This document shows positions 10,156-18,338 of a stretch of DNA of 59,824 nt, piece after piece. The notes under the pieces were generated by a model that saw only the letters and a program-made list of their open reading frames with translations, was not told where the DNA came from and did no database searches. This DNA comes from Gemmatimonadota bacterium (lineage in GTDB: Bacteria; Gemmatimonadota; Gemmatimonadetes; Gemmatimonadales; GWC2-71-9). A program made the translations under genes and the position numbers. Within the stretch, counting starts at the first letter, position 1. Every line of letters starts with the position of its first letter. The stretch is taken from NCBI GenBank assembly GCA_046733215.1, contig JBKPOS010000010.1, positions 1 through 59,824 on the forward strand. Reading direction: 5' to 3'.

Positions 10156-10931
10156 CCGCCATCGTCGCCTTAGCTGCCGTCACCCCGTTACTCGGCGAGC
10201 CTAGCCTTCGAACCGAGCAGGTTTCGCAGTTGGTCGTGGGCGACACCGGCGAGGTACTCGACCGCAAGGCGGAGTGGCGCCGAGTGCGCCTCGACCGCGA
10301 CGGCTACGAAGGCTGGATCCACCGCGGGTTCGTGCGGGAATGGACTAAGCGGGAAAGCGATGCGTGGAATGATCGGGCGCGGGCTTGGAGCGAAGGTGCC
10401 GAGCTCGATCTGAGTGGTCGTCGAGTGCGACTTCCACTCCGCTCCCGAGTGGCCCTGGTGCCAGACGGCGTGCTCCTGCCGGACGGACGCGCTGGGCGCG
10501 TGGTGCGGGGCTCCGTGCGACGATTTTCCGAGGTTCTGGCCGAGTCGCGCTCGGTATCTCCGGAGGAATGGACCGCGCGTCGCTTCATCGGGGCGCCGTA
10601 CCAATGGGGTGGGGTCACTCCCTGGGGTGTCGACTGTTCGGGCCTGGTGCAGACGGCCTTTGCGGCGCGAGGCCTGGCCCTCCCGCGGGACGCTGCACAA
10701 CAAGCCTGCGAAGGCAAGGAAATCCTCCCACGCGACATTCAGCCAGGCGACCTGCTTTTCTTCCGGGGCGAGATGAGCAGCGGCATCACCCACGTGGCAT
10801 TCGCCGGCGCCGGTGAGACCCTGGTGCACTCGACGGTCGCCTGTGGCGGCGTGCTGCGCGAGTCCTGGCGACCCGGAACTCGGGCTGCCGGGCTCCGCGA
10901 GCGGCTGTTGGTGGTCCGCCGTATCGGGTGA
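10152..10931 (+). CDS. SH3-like + NlpC/P60 (C40) peptidase
   Basis: SQLVVGD...DGYEGWI SH3-like region; PYQWGG..GVDCSG, GDLLFF and HVAF motifs. Start uncertain (CTG overlapping the upstream TGA). Confidence 0.88.
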   Translation: MTAIVALAAVTPLLGEPSLRTEQVSQLVVGDTGEVLDRKAEWRRVRLDRDGYEGWIHRGFVREWTKRESDAWNDRARAWSEGAELDLSGRRVRLPLRSRVALVPDGVLLPDGRAGRVVRGSVRRFSEVLAESRSVSPEEWTARRFIGAPYQWGGVTPWGVDCSGLVQTAFAARGLALPRDAAQQACEGKEILPRDIQPGDLLFFRGEMSSGITHVAFAGAGETLVHSTVACGGVLRESWRPGTRAAGLRERLLVVRRIG

Positions 10932-10975
10932 GGCGGGTCGGCCCGGTTCGGCGCCCGCCCCTCTATTTTCCCGCG

Positions 10976-11674
10976 ATGACCCTGCGGCGACTGATTCTCT
11001 TCGACATCGACGGCACCATTCTGTTGACCTCGGGTGCCGGCCGGCGCGCCATCACGGCCGCGCTGTCCGAAGTCGTGGGCGCGAGCGACGCCTTCGGACG
11101 GATCCGCTTCGACGGAAAGACCGATCCTCAGATCGTTACCGAGATGTTGGCATCGGCCGGAGACCCGGGACCACATTCCGCCGAACGGGTTCGAAGCCTG
11201 TGCGACCGCTACGTCACCCTTCTGGAACGAGAGCTCGCCGTACCTGTGGGCGTCACGCTCATGCCCGGCTTTCCCCAGATTCTCGACCGCCTGGAAGCGG
11301 AAGGGGATGTCATGCTCGGCCTCCTCACCGGCAATCTCGAGCGAGGCGCCGCGCTTAAGCTGAGAGCTGCCGGACTCGATCCGAGCCGCTTCAAAGTCGG
11401 CGCCTACGGCTCGGACTCGGCCGAGCGACGTGAGCTGCCGCCGATTGCGGCGCGCCGTGCCGAGCCCTTTTTCGGACGCCCGCTACGCGAGGGCGAAGTG
11501 GTGATCATCGGCGATACCCCCGCGGACATCGCGTGCGGTGCGGGCATACGGGCTCGAGCTATCGGTGTCGCGACCGGCTTCTATTCGGTTGCTCAGCTCG
11601 AAGCCTGCGATCCGCACGCCGTCTTCGCCGATCTGGCTGACACCGAGCGCGCTCTCGAAGCAATCCTCGCTTGA
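10976..11674 (+). CDS. HAD-superfamily hydrolase
   Basis: LFDIDGT, LLTGN and IGDTPAD motifs. Confidence 0.9.
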   Translation: MTLRRLILFDIDGTILLTSGAGRRAITAALSEVVGASDAFGRIRFDGKTDPQIVTEMLASAGDPGPHSAERVRSLCDRYVTLLERELAVPVGVTLMPGFPQILDRLEAEGDVMLGLLTGNLERGAALKLRAAGLDPSRFKVGAYGSDSAERRELPPIAARRAEPFFGRPLREGEVVIIGDTPADIACGAGIRARAIGVATGFYSVAQLEACDPHAVFADLADTERALEAILA

Positions 11675-11675
11675 C

Positions 11676-12275
11676 ATGGCTCAGGAGCTCGAGCTCAAGA
11701 CCGTTGTGCCCGAGCCTGCCACTCTCAGGGCTCGCCTGCTCGCGGCTGGGGCGACACTAATCTTTCGCGGCGTCATGGAAGACCGCCGTTACGATCGCGA
11801 CGGCGCGCTGCTGGCGCGCGACGAAGTTCTCCGGATTCGTCGATTCATCGAAGCGGGAGGAGGTTCCGAGGCTGAGTTGACCTGGAAAGGTCGGACCCGC
11901 CGATCGGCGGACGGATACAAGCTGCGCGAAGAGCTGAGCTGCCGAATCGCCGTCGGCGCTGAAACCGTCGGCTCGATTATCGAGGCACTGGGGTACCGGG
12001 TCAGCCAGGCGATCGATCGGTATGTCGAGCTGTATCGGCTGGCCGAAGCCGTGCTCCGGGTCGAGTGGTATCCTCGGATGGACGTGCTGCTCGAGGTGGA
12101 AGGATCGCCCGTTGCAATCGAGGCCGCTGTCGTCGCGACGGGACTTCCTCGAGACAGCTTCACGGCCGAAATGTTGACCGATTTCGTACAGCGGTACGAT
12201 GCGCGTGGCGGAAAGAGCGCCGTTCTCGCGGTGGCCGATCTCGCCGGCGAACCGCCGGCCTGGGAGGGGGTTTGA
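11676..12275 (+). CDS. CYTH-domain protein (class IV adenylate cyclase-like)
   Basis: N-terminal ELELK (ExExK), LRIR, LTWKG, LEVEG. Confidence 0.8.
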   Translation: MAQELELKTVVPEPATLRARLLAAGATLIFRGVMEDRRYDRDGALLARDEVLRIRRFIEAGGGSEAELTWKGRTRRSADGYKLREELSCRIAVGAETVGSIIEALGYRVSQAIDRYVELYRLAEAVLRVEWYPRMDVLLEVEGSPVAIEAAVVATGLPRDSFTAEMLTDFVQRYDARGGKSAVLAVADLAGEPPAWEGV

Positions 12276-13024
12276 GCGCCCAGCCTCAGGTCACCTCACG
12301 CGCACTGGTCCCGGAACTCGGTCCGGCGCTCGGCCGACTGTGCAATCGGGCTGAGCCCGCAGGCGGCCGCTGGGTCACCCTGGACGACATCCGCCTCGAG
12401 CTCGCGACCCGGATCTTCGAGCTTGCGGGGGCAGCTCGCGCCTTTGCGTCGGCGGACGATCGCCCTGCCGCGGTGAGCTCGCTCAATCGTCAGGCCTGGC
12501 TCTCCGAATGGGAACGCGCAGTAAGCGCGAGCACCGAGCGCATCGTCCAGGCCGTCAATCTCCGATTCGACTCGGCGGGCCTCGAGGCCCGGCTCCGCAC
12601 GCGCCGGCGGAAGGAACTGCTGCTTGCGGAGCCGGATCGCCTAGCCATATCTGGTCGATTGGGCGCAGGCAGCCTCCCGTTCCTCATTGCTCTCGACGAG
12701 CTCGAGCAGGTGGTGCCGGGCGCATCGGCCCCCGGTGCGCGAGGAGAGGCAGCGGTCTTGGAGTGGCAGGACCGGATTCTGTCGACCGCCCGCCGGCTGG
12801 AATCGGCCTGGCTTGCGCTCGAATCAGCCGCCCGCCGCGAGGAGACCCTTTGGAGTCCGGAAATCAGCCGGGTTCGATCGTGGCGGCGTCCAACCTGGCC
12901 GGTCTGGCTGGTGACCGGTGTGGTGCTTGGCCTAGCCACCTATCTCGGCCTCGTTCTGGGCGGGTATCTCCTCGTTCCAGCACCGTTGCTGCCACTGACC
13001 CAGGAGGTTTGGAAACGATTCTGA
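12272..13024 (+). CDS. Hypothetical helical protein with C-terminal transmembrane anchor
   Basis: TTG start overlaps the upstream TGA, GGAGG RBS; hydrophobic C-terminal segment WPVWLVTGVVLGLATYLGLVLGG. Confidence 0.6.
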   Translation: MSAQPQVTSRALVPELGPALGRLCNRAEPAGGRWVTLDDIRLELATRIFELAGAARAFASADDRPAAVSSLNRQAWLSEWERAVSASTERIVQAVNLRFDSAGLEARLRTRRRKELLLAEPDRLAISGRLGAGSLPFLIALDELEQVVPGASAPGARGEAAVLEWQDRILSTARRLESAWLALESAARREETLWSPEISRVRSWRRPTWPVWLVTGVVLGLATYLGLVLGGYLLVPAPLLPLTQEVWKRF

Positions 13025-13084
13025 CAACATCCCTTCCAATTGCGAATGGCGCGCTCTAGTATCTAGCGGCACATTCAAATCTTT

Positions 13085-15232
13085 TTGAAAATGATTCTCA
13101 TCGGTGGCATCGCTCGGACTCTTCTGACCCTGGCCCTTTGGGCGCTGCCGGGGCAGCAGCCTGCCAGCGATCAGGCTCCCGCCCTTCGCCGGCTCGCTGC
13201 AACGGCCGCGCTTGGCGCGCAGGAATATCGAGCCGGTGTTCAGAACGGCCGTGTGATCGCGAAACCGGAAATCGAAGAAGCCCGCCTGTTCTTTGCCGAA
13301 GCTCGCCGAAGCGCCGGATTGCTCTCGCCAGAGGTCAGCAGCTCGACCGTCCGGGCGCTCGACGAGATCGCCGGCCTGGTGGATGCGACCGCGAGCCCTG
13401 ACACGATCCAGGCCCGAGTCCTTGCGCTCACCAACTCATTGTCCCAGCGGCTTGGTATTTCGCTCGAAGAGATTCCGGCCGAGACGCCGTCTCTCGCGCG
13501 AGGTGCCCAAGTCTATCGGGAGAATTGCGCGAGCTGTCACGGTGACCTGGGCCGAGGGAACGGCCCCATGGCGGCGGGATTGGATCCCAAGCCCGCCAAC
13601 CTTTCCGATGCCGCCGCGCTGAGCGATGCGTCTCCCCTCGATTTTTATCGCCGGGTCACCATCGGCGTCGTGGGAACCTCGATGCCGGCCTTCGAGGGTC
13701 GTCTGTCGGCCGACGATCGCTGGGCAGCCGCGGCATATGCCACGTTGCTCCGGCTTCCAGCCCCCAAGGGAGAAGTGCCGCCCTCCCTGCGTCGGTTCGA
13801 CCGAACTGCCCGCCTCACCGACTCCGAGATCAGGAAAGAGATGGCCGCTGCATCAGCCGACACGGCGTCTACCCTGGTCGCAGCGGTGCGCAGCATCCAG
13901 GAGCAGGCGGATGCAGCAGCGACGGCACGCATTTTCGCCCGGGTTCGAAGCCAACTGGATTCAGTCGACCATCTGGCCCGCGCCGGTCGCGGGGCGGAAG
14001 CCAGCTCAGCCGCGTTCAACGCGTACATGACGTTCGAGCAGGTCGAACGGTCGGTCAGGGCAAAGCATCCCGATCTCGCCAGCTCACTCGAAAACCGCTT
14101 CGCCGCGCTCCGAACCAGAGCTGCCGGCGGAGCCACTACCGTGGAGCTGGATGGCATCCAGCGCGGCCTCGCTGCTGATCTCGAGAATGCCGAGCGGGTG
14201 CTGGGTGAGACGTTGTCGCCGTTCAACCTGTTCCTGCAGTCGTTCGTGATCCTGGTGCGTGAAGGCCTCGAGGCCATTCTCGTACTCGGTGCGCTGATGA
14301 CCTTCCTGGCCAAGACGGGCGCCGCGAATCGCAAGCGGGACATTCACGTGGGCGTTGGAGCGGCGGTGGCCGCCAGCCTGCTCACGGCCTTCGTGCTGGA
14401 GACAGTGTTCCGACTGAGCCCAGCCCGGCGCGAGGCGCTCGAGGGGCTCACGATGGTGGCCGCCACCGGAGTCCTGTTCTACGTGAGCTATTGGCTGCTT
14501 TCGAAGATGGAAGTAGCCAAGTGGAACCGTTTCGTACGCGGCAAAGTACAGGATGCCGTCAGCAGCGGCTCGGCCCTGGCGCTCGCCTCGGCGGCATTCC
14601 TTGCGGTATACCGCGAAGGGTTCGAGACGGTCCTCTTTTACAAGGCCTTGTTCGTAGCGGGCGGGTCGGGCGGCTCGACGGCTGCTGTCCTCGCGGGCAT
14701 AGCGCTTGGTGCAGTCGTGATGGTCTTTGTCTATGTGGCGATTAATCGGTTCGGGGTGCGGCTGCCGCTCAAGCCGTTCTTTGGCGTGACCAGCGCGTTT
14801 CTCTACTACATGGCCTTTGTGTTCGCGGGAAAGGGAGTGGCCGAGCTGCAGGAAGGCAATCTCGTACCCACCACGATCGTCTCCTGGGCTCCGCGGATCC
14901 CGGCCCTGGGTATCTATCCCACGGTTGAGTCGCTGACAGCCCAAGCCGTACTGCTCGTTCTTCTGGTGATCGCTGTGGTATGGACGTTCGTGATCGAGCC
15001 GCGGCGGCTCCAGGTCACCTCCGTGATGGTTCCCGAGCCGGCCCGGGAGCCGGTATCAGCTCCGTCACGGGCGGCTGCGTCCGGCGTCGTGCCGGTCGGG
15101 GCCAAACAGGAGCTGCTGCGCTCGCTCGAGCGGATGGAAGCCGATCTCGCTGAGCTGAGGGCAGAGGTGGAGCGCATGCGCGCGCACCTCAGGGCCCGCG
15201 ACTCACAGACTGTTCCGCGCAACAATCCGTAA
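13085..15232 (+). CDS. Cytochrome c-fused FTR1 family iron permease
   Basis: CASCH heme motif; REGLE and REGFE FTR1 motifs; multiple TM helices. Start is TTG 13085 or ATG 13091. Confidence 0.92.
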   Translation: MKMILIGGIARTLLTLALWALPGQQPASDQAPALRRLAATAALGAQEYRAGVQNGRVIAKPEIEEARLFFAEARRSAGLLSPEVSSSTVRALDEIAGLVDATASPDTIQARVLALTNSLSQRLGISLEEIPAETPSLARGAQVYRENCASCHGDLGRGNGPMAAGLDPKPANLSDAAALSDASPLDFYRRVTIGVVGTSMPAFEGRLSADDRWAAAAYATLLRLPAPKGEVPPSLRRFDRTARLTDSEIRKEMAAASADTASTLVAAVRSIQEQADAAATARIFARVRSQLDSVDHLARAGRGAEASSAAFNAYMTFEQVERSVRAKHPDLASSLENRFAALRTRAAGGATTVELDGIQRGLAADLENAERVLGETLSPFNLFLQSFVILVREGLEAILVLGALMTFLAKTGAANRKRDIHVGVGAAVAASLLTAFVLETVFRLSPARREALEGLTMVAATGVLFYVSYWLLSKMEVAKWNRFVRGKVQDAVSSGSALALASAAFLAVYREGFETVLFYKALFVAGGSGGSTAAVLAGIALGAVVMVFVYVAINRFGVRLPLKPFFGVTSAFLYYMAFVFAGKGVAELQEGNLVPTTIVSWAPRIPALGIYPTVESLTAQAVLLVLLVIAVVWTFVIEPRRLQVTSVMVPEPAREPVSAPSRAAASGVVPVGAKQELLRSLERMEADLAELRAEVERMRAHLRARDSQTVPRNNP
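13086..13100. promoter_or_regulatory. Putative Fur box (7-1-7)
   Basis: TGAAAAT-G-ATTCTCA versus the 7-1-7 consensus TGATAAT-N-ATTATCA (2 mismatches), at the start of an iron permease in AT-rich context. Confidence 0.65.
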
Positions 15233-15256
15233 CGCTGTCGTCCATCCTCGGTCGAA

Positions 15257-15278
15257 ACGGCCCGCCGGCGCGGGCCGT
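15257..15278. terminator. GC hairpin after the FTR1 gene (possible terminator or stabiliser)
   Basis: ACGGCCCGC-CGGC-GCGGGCCGT; no clear U-tract on +. Confidence 0.35.
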
Positions 15279-15301
15279 ATGCGTTGGGACAGGAGGTAAT
15301 C

Positions 15302-15628
15302 ATGATTGCAAGAACCTGGCACGGGATGGTGCCCGCAAAGCGGGCCGACGAGTACAAGGCATATCTTGAGCGAACCGGACTGCCCGATCTTCGAGCGACG
15401 CCGGGCAATCGTGGCGTCTGGGTGCTGCGTCGAACCGAAGGCGATCGAACCCACTTTCTGCTCGTGTCGCTTTGGGACTCCATGGACTCGATTCGGGCGT
15501 TTGCCGGCGACGACGTCGAACGGGCTCGCTATTATCCGGAAGACGAGGCCTTTTTGCTCGAGCTGGAGCCGCACGTCACCCACTACGATGTCATAGCTCG
15601 GCCCGCTGCAGCGGAGGTACGCGGATGA
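15302..15628 (+). CDS. Antibiotic biosynthesis monooxygenase (ABM) family protein
   Basis: MIARTWHG...SLWDSMDSIRAFAGDD..ARYYPED; AGGAGG RBS. Confidence 0.8.
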   Translation: MIARTWHGMVPAKRADEYKAYLERTGLPDLRATPGNRGVWVLRRTEGDRTHFLLVSLWDSMDSIRAFAGDDVERARYYPEDEAFLLELEPHVTHYDVIARPAAAEVRG

Positions 15629-16107
15629 CCGAAACCGAACGGATCGTGGACGAACTTCGCCGCGCGCATGATCGGGGCGCGTGGCACGGACCGTCGGCAC
15701 GCGAAGGCCTGGAGGGCATCACCGCGCCGGCCGCGGCGAGCCACCCGATCCCGGGTGCTCACTCTATCTGGGAGCTGGTTCTACATCTCACGGCCTGGCG
15801 GGGTGAAGTCATGCGACGATTACAAGGCACCGAGCCGGGATTGCCGCCGGAAGGGGACTGGCCGCCTGTTGGAGACACCAGCGAGGCAGGTTGGGCCGAG
15901 GCTCGCCGTCGGCTGGAAGACTCGCACCGGCAGCTGGCAGCGGCCGTCGCTCGATTCGCGGACGAGCAGCTCGACCAACCGGTAGGGCGAAAGCCGCCCG
16001 AGCCCGCGCTGGGTAACGTCGGGACGTATTACGTGATGCTGCACGGCGTGGCTCAACATGATGCCTACCACATGGGCCAAGTGGCCATTCTGAAAAAGGT
16101 GGTCTGA
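15625..16107 (+). CDS. DinB family protein
   Basis: AWHGPS, HSIWELVLH, QHDAYHMGQ His triad; ATGA overlap. Confidence 0.88.
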   Translation: MTETERIVDELRRAHDRGAWHGPSAREGLEGITAPAAASHPIPGAHSIWELVLHLTAWRGEVMRRLQGTEPGLPPEGDWPPVGDTSEAGWAEARRRLEDSHRQLAAAVARFADEQLDQPVGRKPPEPALGNVGTYYVMLHGVAQHDAYHMGQVAILKKVV

Positions 16108-16109
16108 CG

Positions 16110-16146
16110 AAAAGCGAACGGTCCGCCGTTGTCGGCGGACCGTTCG
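16110..16146 (-). terminator. Intrinsic terminator (14-bp stem), U-tract on the minus strand; possibly bidirectional
   Basis: CGAACGGTCCGCCG-TTGT-CGGCGGACCGTTCG (16115-16146) preceded by AAAAG on +. Confidence 0.8.
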
Positions 16147-16254
16147 TCAGTGAGGTGGCAGATCGCCCCCTGAGTTTTCGGAAACGGACCTAAGTGTCCG
16201 CTCCACCCTTCTTCGACCTGCCACTTTTCCGTTGGAGCGGATCGCTCCGTCGCG
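16110..16254 (-). ncRNA. Candidate sigma54-dependent structured small RNA (~145 nt)
   Basis: Lies between a perfect -24/-12 promoter and a terminator; 5' hairpin 16234-16248, long stem 16155-16165/16214-16224, inner stem 16180-16189/16196-16204. Confidence 0.6.
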
Positions 16255-16264
16255 CTCTTGAAAA

Positions 16265-16280
16265 AGCAAGGCAGGTGCCA
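16265..16280 (-). promoter_or_regulatory. Sigma54 (-24/-12) promoter
   Basis: Minus strand TGGCACCTGCCTTGCT matches TGGCAC-N5-TTGCW exactly. Confidence 0.8.
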
Positions 16281-16297
16281 GTTGTGCGTCAGAGAGT

Positions 16298-16310
16298 TAA
16301 TAGCTTGGAA
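16298..16310 (-). promoter_or_regulatory. IHF-like site
   Basis: TTCCAAGCTATTA contains the CAA-N4-TTR core, in an AT-rich stretch just upstream of the sigma54 promoter. Confidence 0.4.
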
Positions 16311-16358
16311 AACTGTGACTTAGCTCTAAAAGCGGCATTTCCTTGGACGCCCTTTTTC

Positions 16359-16375
16359 TGTCAGCAATCTTGACA
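16359..16375. promoter_or_regulatory. Putative enhancer (UAS) palindrome TGTCA-N7-TGACA
   Basis: TGTCAGCAATCTTGACA lies ~105-120 nt upstream of the predicted sigma54 TSS, a typical bEBP site distance. Confidence 0.5.
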
Positions 16376-16416
16376 CAACCCGAACAGCAAATGGAAAGTC
16401 CCGTTACTGCATAGGC

Positions 16417-17283
16417 TTAGGCGGGCGCAAAAGTCTTTGCCGACGTTCCCGCGTTGTCAGGCGCTAGATACGGGCCTGCCGGGACCTCGGCCTCGCCACG
16501 CCAGCGCGCCAGCAAGGCTGCCCCGATCAGCACCAGCAGAATGCTGGTAAGCTGAGCCAGCGTGAAACCACCCCACAGAACTCGATCGTCTTTGGCCCGC
16601 AGTATCTCGACAAAGAAGCGCTCTATTCCGGCCAGTACGAGATAAAGGCCAAACAGCCACCCTGTCGCGCGCGCCCGGGTCCGTAATGCCCAAAGGATTG
16701 CAAAGGCCACCAGCATGATCGCCACTTCATAGAGCTGCGTGGGGTGTACCGCGAGCACCGTGCTGGGATCGGTACCCGGCGCGATCGGGATTCCGAACTG
16801 CTGTTGCAGGTTCGCGGCTGTAGACGGTGGCAACCCTTTGGGAAACCGGACGGCCCATGGGAGGGAAGTGGGCCGGCCATAATCGTCGTTTACGAGAAAA
16901 CATCCTACTCGCCCGAGCGCGTACGCGGCAGCAAGAGCCGGGGCGCCCAGCTGCATGGTCCATCGCGTTGGGACCTTGAGTCGCGCGCCGTTTGCAAGAA
17001 CCGCCAGAACTCCGCCGATAAAGCCGCCGTACCAAACGAGTCCCCCGCGAGAGAACAGGGCGCTGGGGTCGTGAAAGAGCGCGACGTACCAGAGTTTTGC
17101 TCCCACGATTCCACCCACCACTGCGGCAGCCACGAAGTCGCCGGCGTACTCCTCTCGGAGACCGCGCCGGCGCAGCTCCAGCGAGATGAGCCAGCCGCCG
17201 ACCAGGAACGCGACCATCATCATGATCCCGTACCCCGTGATCTCGAAGCGGCCAAGCTGAATGGTGAGCGGGTAGATCGTCAT
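16417..17283 (-). CDS. lgt: Prolipoprotein diacylglyceryl transferase
   Basis: GGLVWYGG, GRVGCFLVNDDYG, HPTQLYE, RFFVEILR. Confidence 0.95.
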   Translation of the reverse strand: MTIYPLTIQLGRFEITGYGIMMMVAFLVGGWLISLELRRRGLREEYAGDFVAAAVVGGIVGAKLWYVALFHDPSALFSRGGLVWYGGFIGGVLAVLANGARLKVPTRWTMQLGAPALAAAYALGRVGCFLVNDDYGRPTSLPWAVRFPKGLPPSTAANLQQQFGIPIAPGTDPSTVLAVHPTQLYEVAIMLVAFAILWALRTRARATGWLFGLYLVLAGIERFFVEILRAKDDRVLWGGFTLAQLTSILLVLIGAALLARWRGEAEVPAGPYLAPDNAGTSAKTFAPA

Positions 17284-18338
17284 GCCAACGTCCTGTCGGG
17301 ATCCGGGGCTCGGAGGCCCGGGATCGGGAGGTCGTCCCTGGGCTCGAGGTCCCAGCGACTTCGTTCACCCTGAGCGAGCCGCCAACCCCCTGCGGCCGCG
17401 ATCATGGCGGCATTGTCGGTGTTCAGGCGGGGAGAAGCTACGCTGACCCGCGCGATCCCCGCCAGCCTTGCGCGAAGCCGTTCCATCAGCCCTCGGTTAC
17501 AGGCCACCCCGCCGCCGATCATCGCTTGAGGATAATCGAGCGCTTCGACAGCGTGCGCAGTCTTCTCGACCAGCACCTCGAGAGCGGCATCCTGGAAGCC
17601 TCGGGCCAGATCGGCCCGGTCACGCGCGAGGTCGTTGCTCGCTCGTACGGCGCGGAGGACCGCGGTCTTGAGTCCGCTAAAGGAGAACTGGTAGGGCTCG
17701 TCCGCGCGACTCAGCTCAGCCAGCAATGGACGCGGAAAGCGGAACCGATCCGGCCGTCCCTCGCGTGCGAGCCGTTCGAGCGGAGCCCCGCCGGGATACC
17801 CGAGACCGAGCAACGTCGCGACCTTGTCGAACGCTTCACCGGCCGCGTCGTCCAGGGTTTGACCGAGAAGCCGGTAGTCGCCCCAGCCGGGCACGTCCAG
17901 CAGCATCGTGTGCCCGCCGCTCACCAGGAGCGCCACGAAGGGCGGTTCGAGCTCTTCGTCCTCGAGCGTAGGAGCGAAGAGATGGCCTTCCAGGTGGTTG
18001 ACGCCGAGAAACGGAATGTTGCGAGAATAAGCCAATCCCTTCCCGTACATCACGCCGACCAGAAGCGCCCCGACAAGCCCGGGGCCTGCGGTCACGACGA
18101 TCCCATCGATGTCCTGCAGCGTGAACGCAGCATCGGCCAGCGCACGATCCACCACGCTCCCAATGGCCCGTACGTGGGCTCGGCTCGCCAGCTCGGGCAC
18201 CACGCCGCCAAAAATGCGGTGAATGTCCTGGGAAAGGATCACCAGGCTCTTCAGCTTCGGCCGCACTCCATCCAGGGCGAGCACGGCTGCCGAGGTCTCG
18301 TCGCAGGAGGTTTCGATCCCGAGGATTCGATCAACCAT
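17280..18338 (-). CDS. tsaD: tRNA N6-threonylcarbamoyltransferase TsaD
   Basis: LGIETSCDETS, GGVVPELASRAH, NHLEGH, SGGHT, DDAAGEAFDK, TDNAAMIA. Confidence 0.97.
   Translation of the reverse strand: MVDRILGIETSCDETSAAVLALDGVRPKLKSLVILSQDIHRIFGGVVPELASRAHVRAIGSVVDRALADAAFTLQDIDGIVVTAGPGLVGALLVGVMYGKGLAYSRNIPFLGVNHLEGHLFAPTLEDEELEPPFVALLVSGGHTMLLDVPGWGDYRLLGQTLDDAAGEAFDKVATLLGLGYPGGAPLERLAREGRPDRFRFPRPLLAELSRADEPYQFSFSGLKTAVLRAVRASNDLARDRADLARGFQDAALEVLVEKTAHAVEALDYPQAMIGGGVACNRGLMERLRARLAGIARVSVASPRLNTDNAAMIAAAGGWRLAQGERSRWDLEPRDDLPIPGLRAPDPDRTLA

Noticed and set aside
16110..16254. Candidate sRNA as 6S RNA, tRNA, SRP RNA or glycine riboswitch
   Set aside because: The rod is too short for 6S, there is no cloverleaf or SRP loop motif, and no downstream gene for a riboswitch to control. 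This was judged by eye only; an Rfam scan is still needed.
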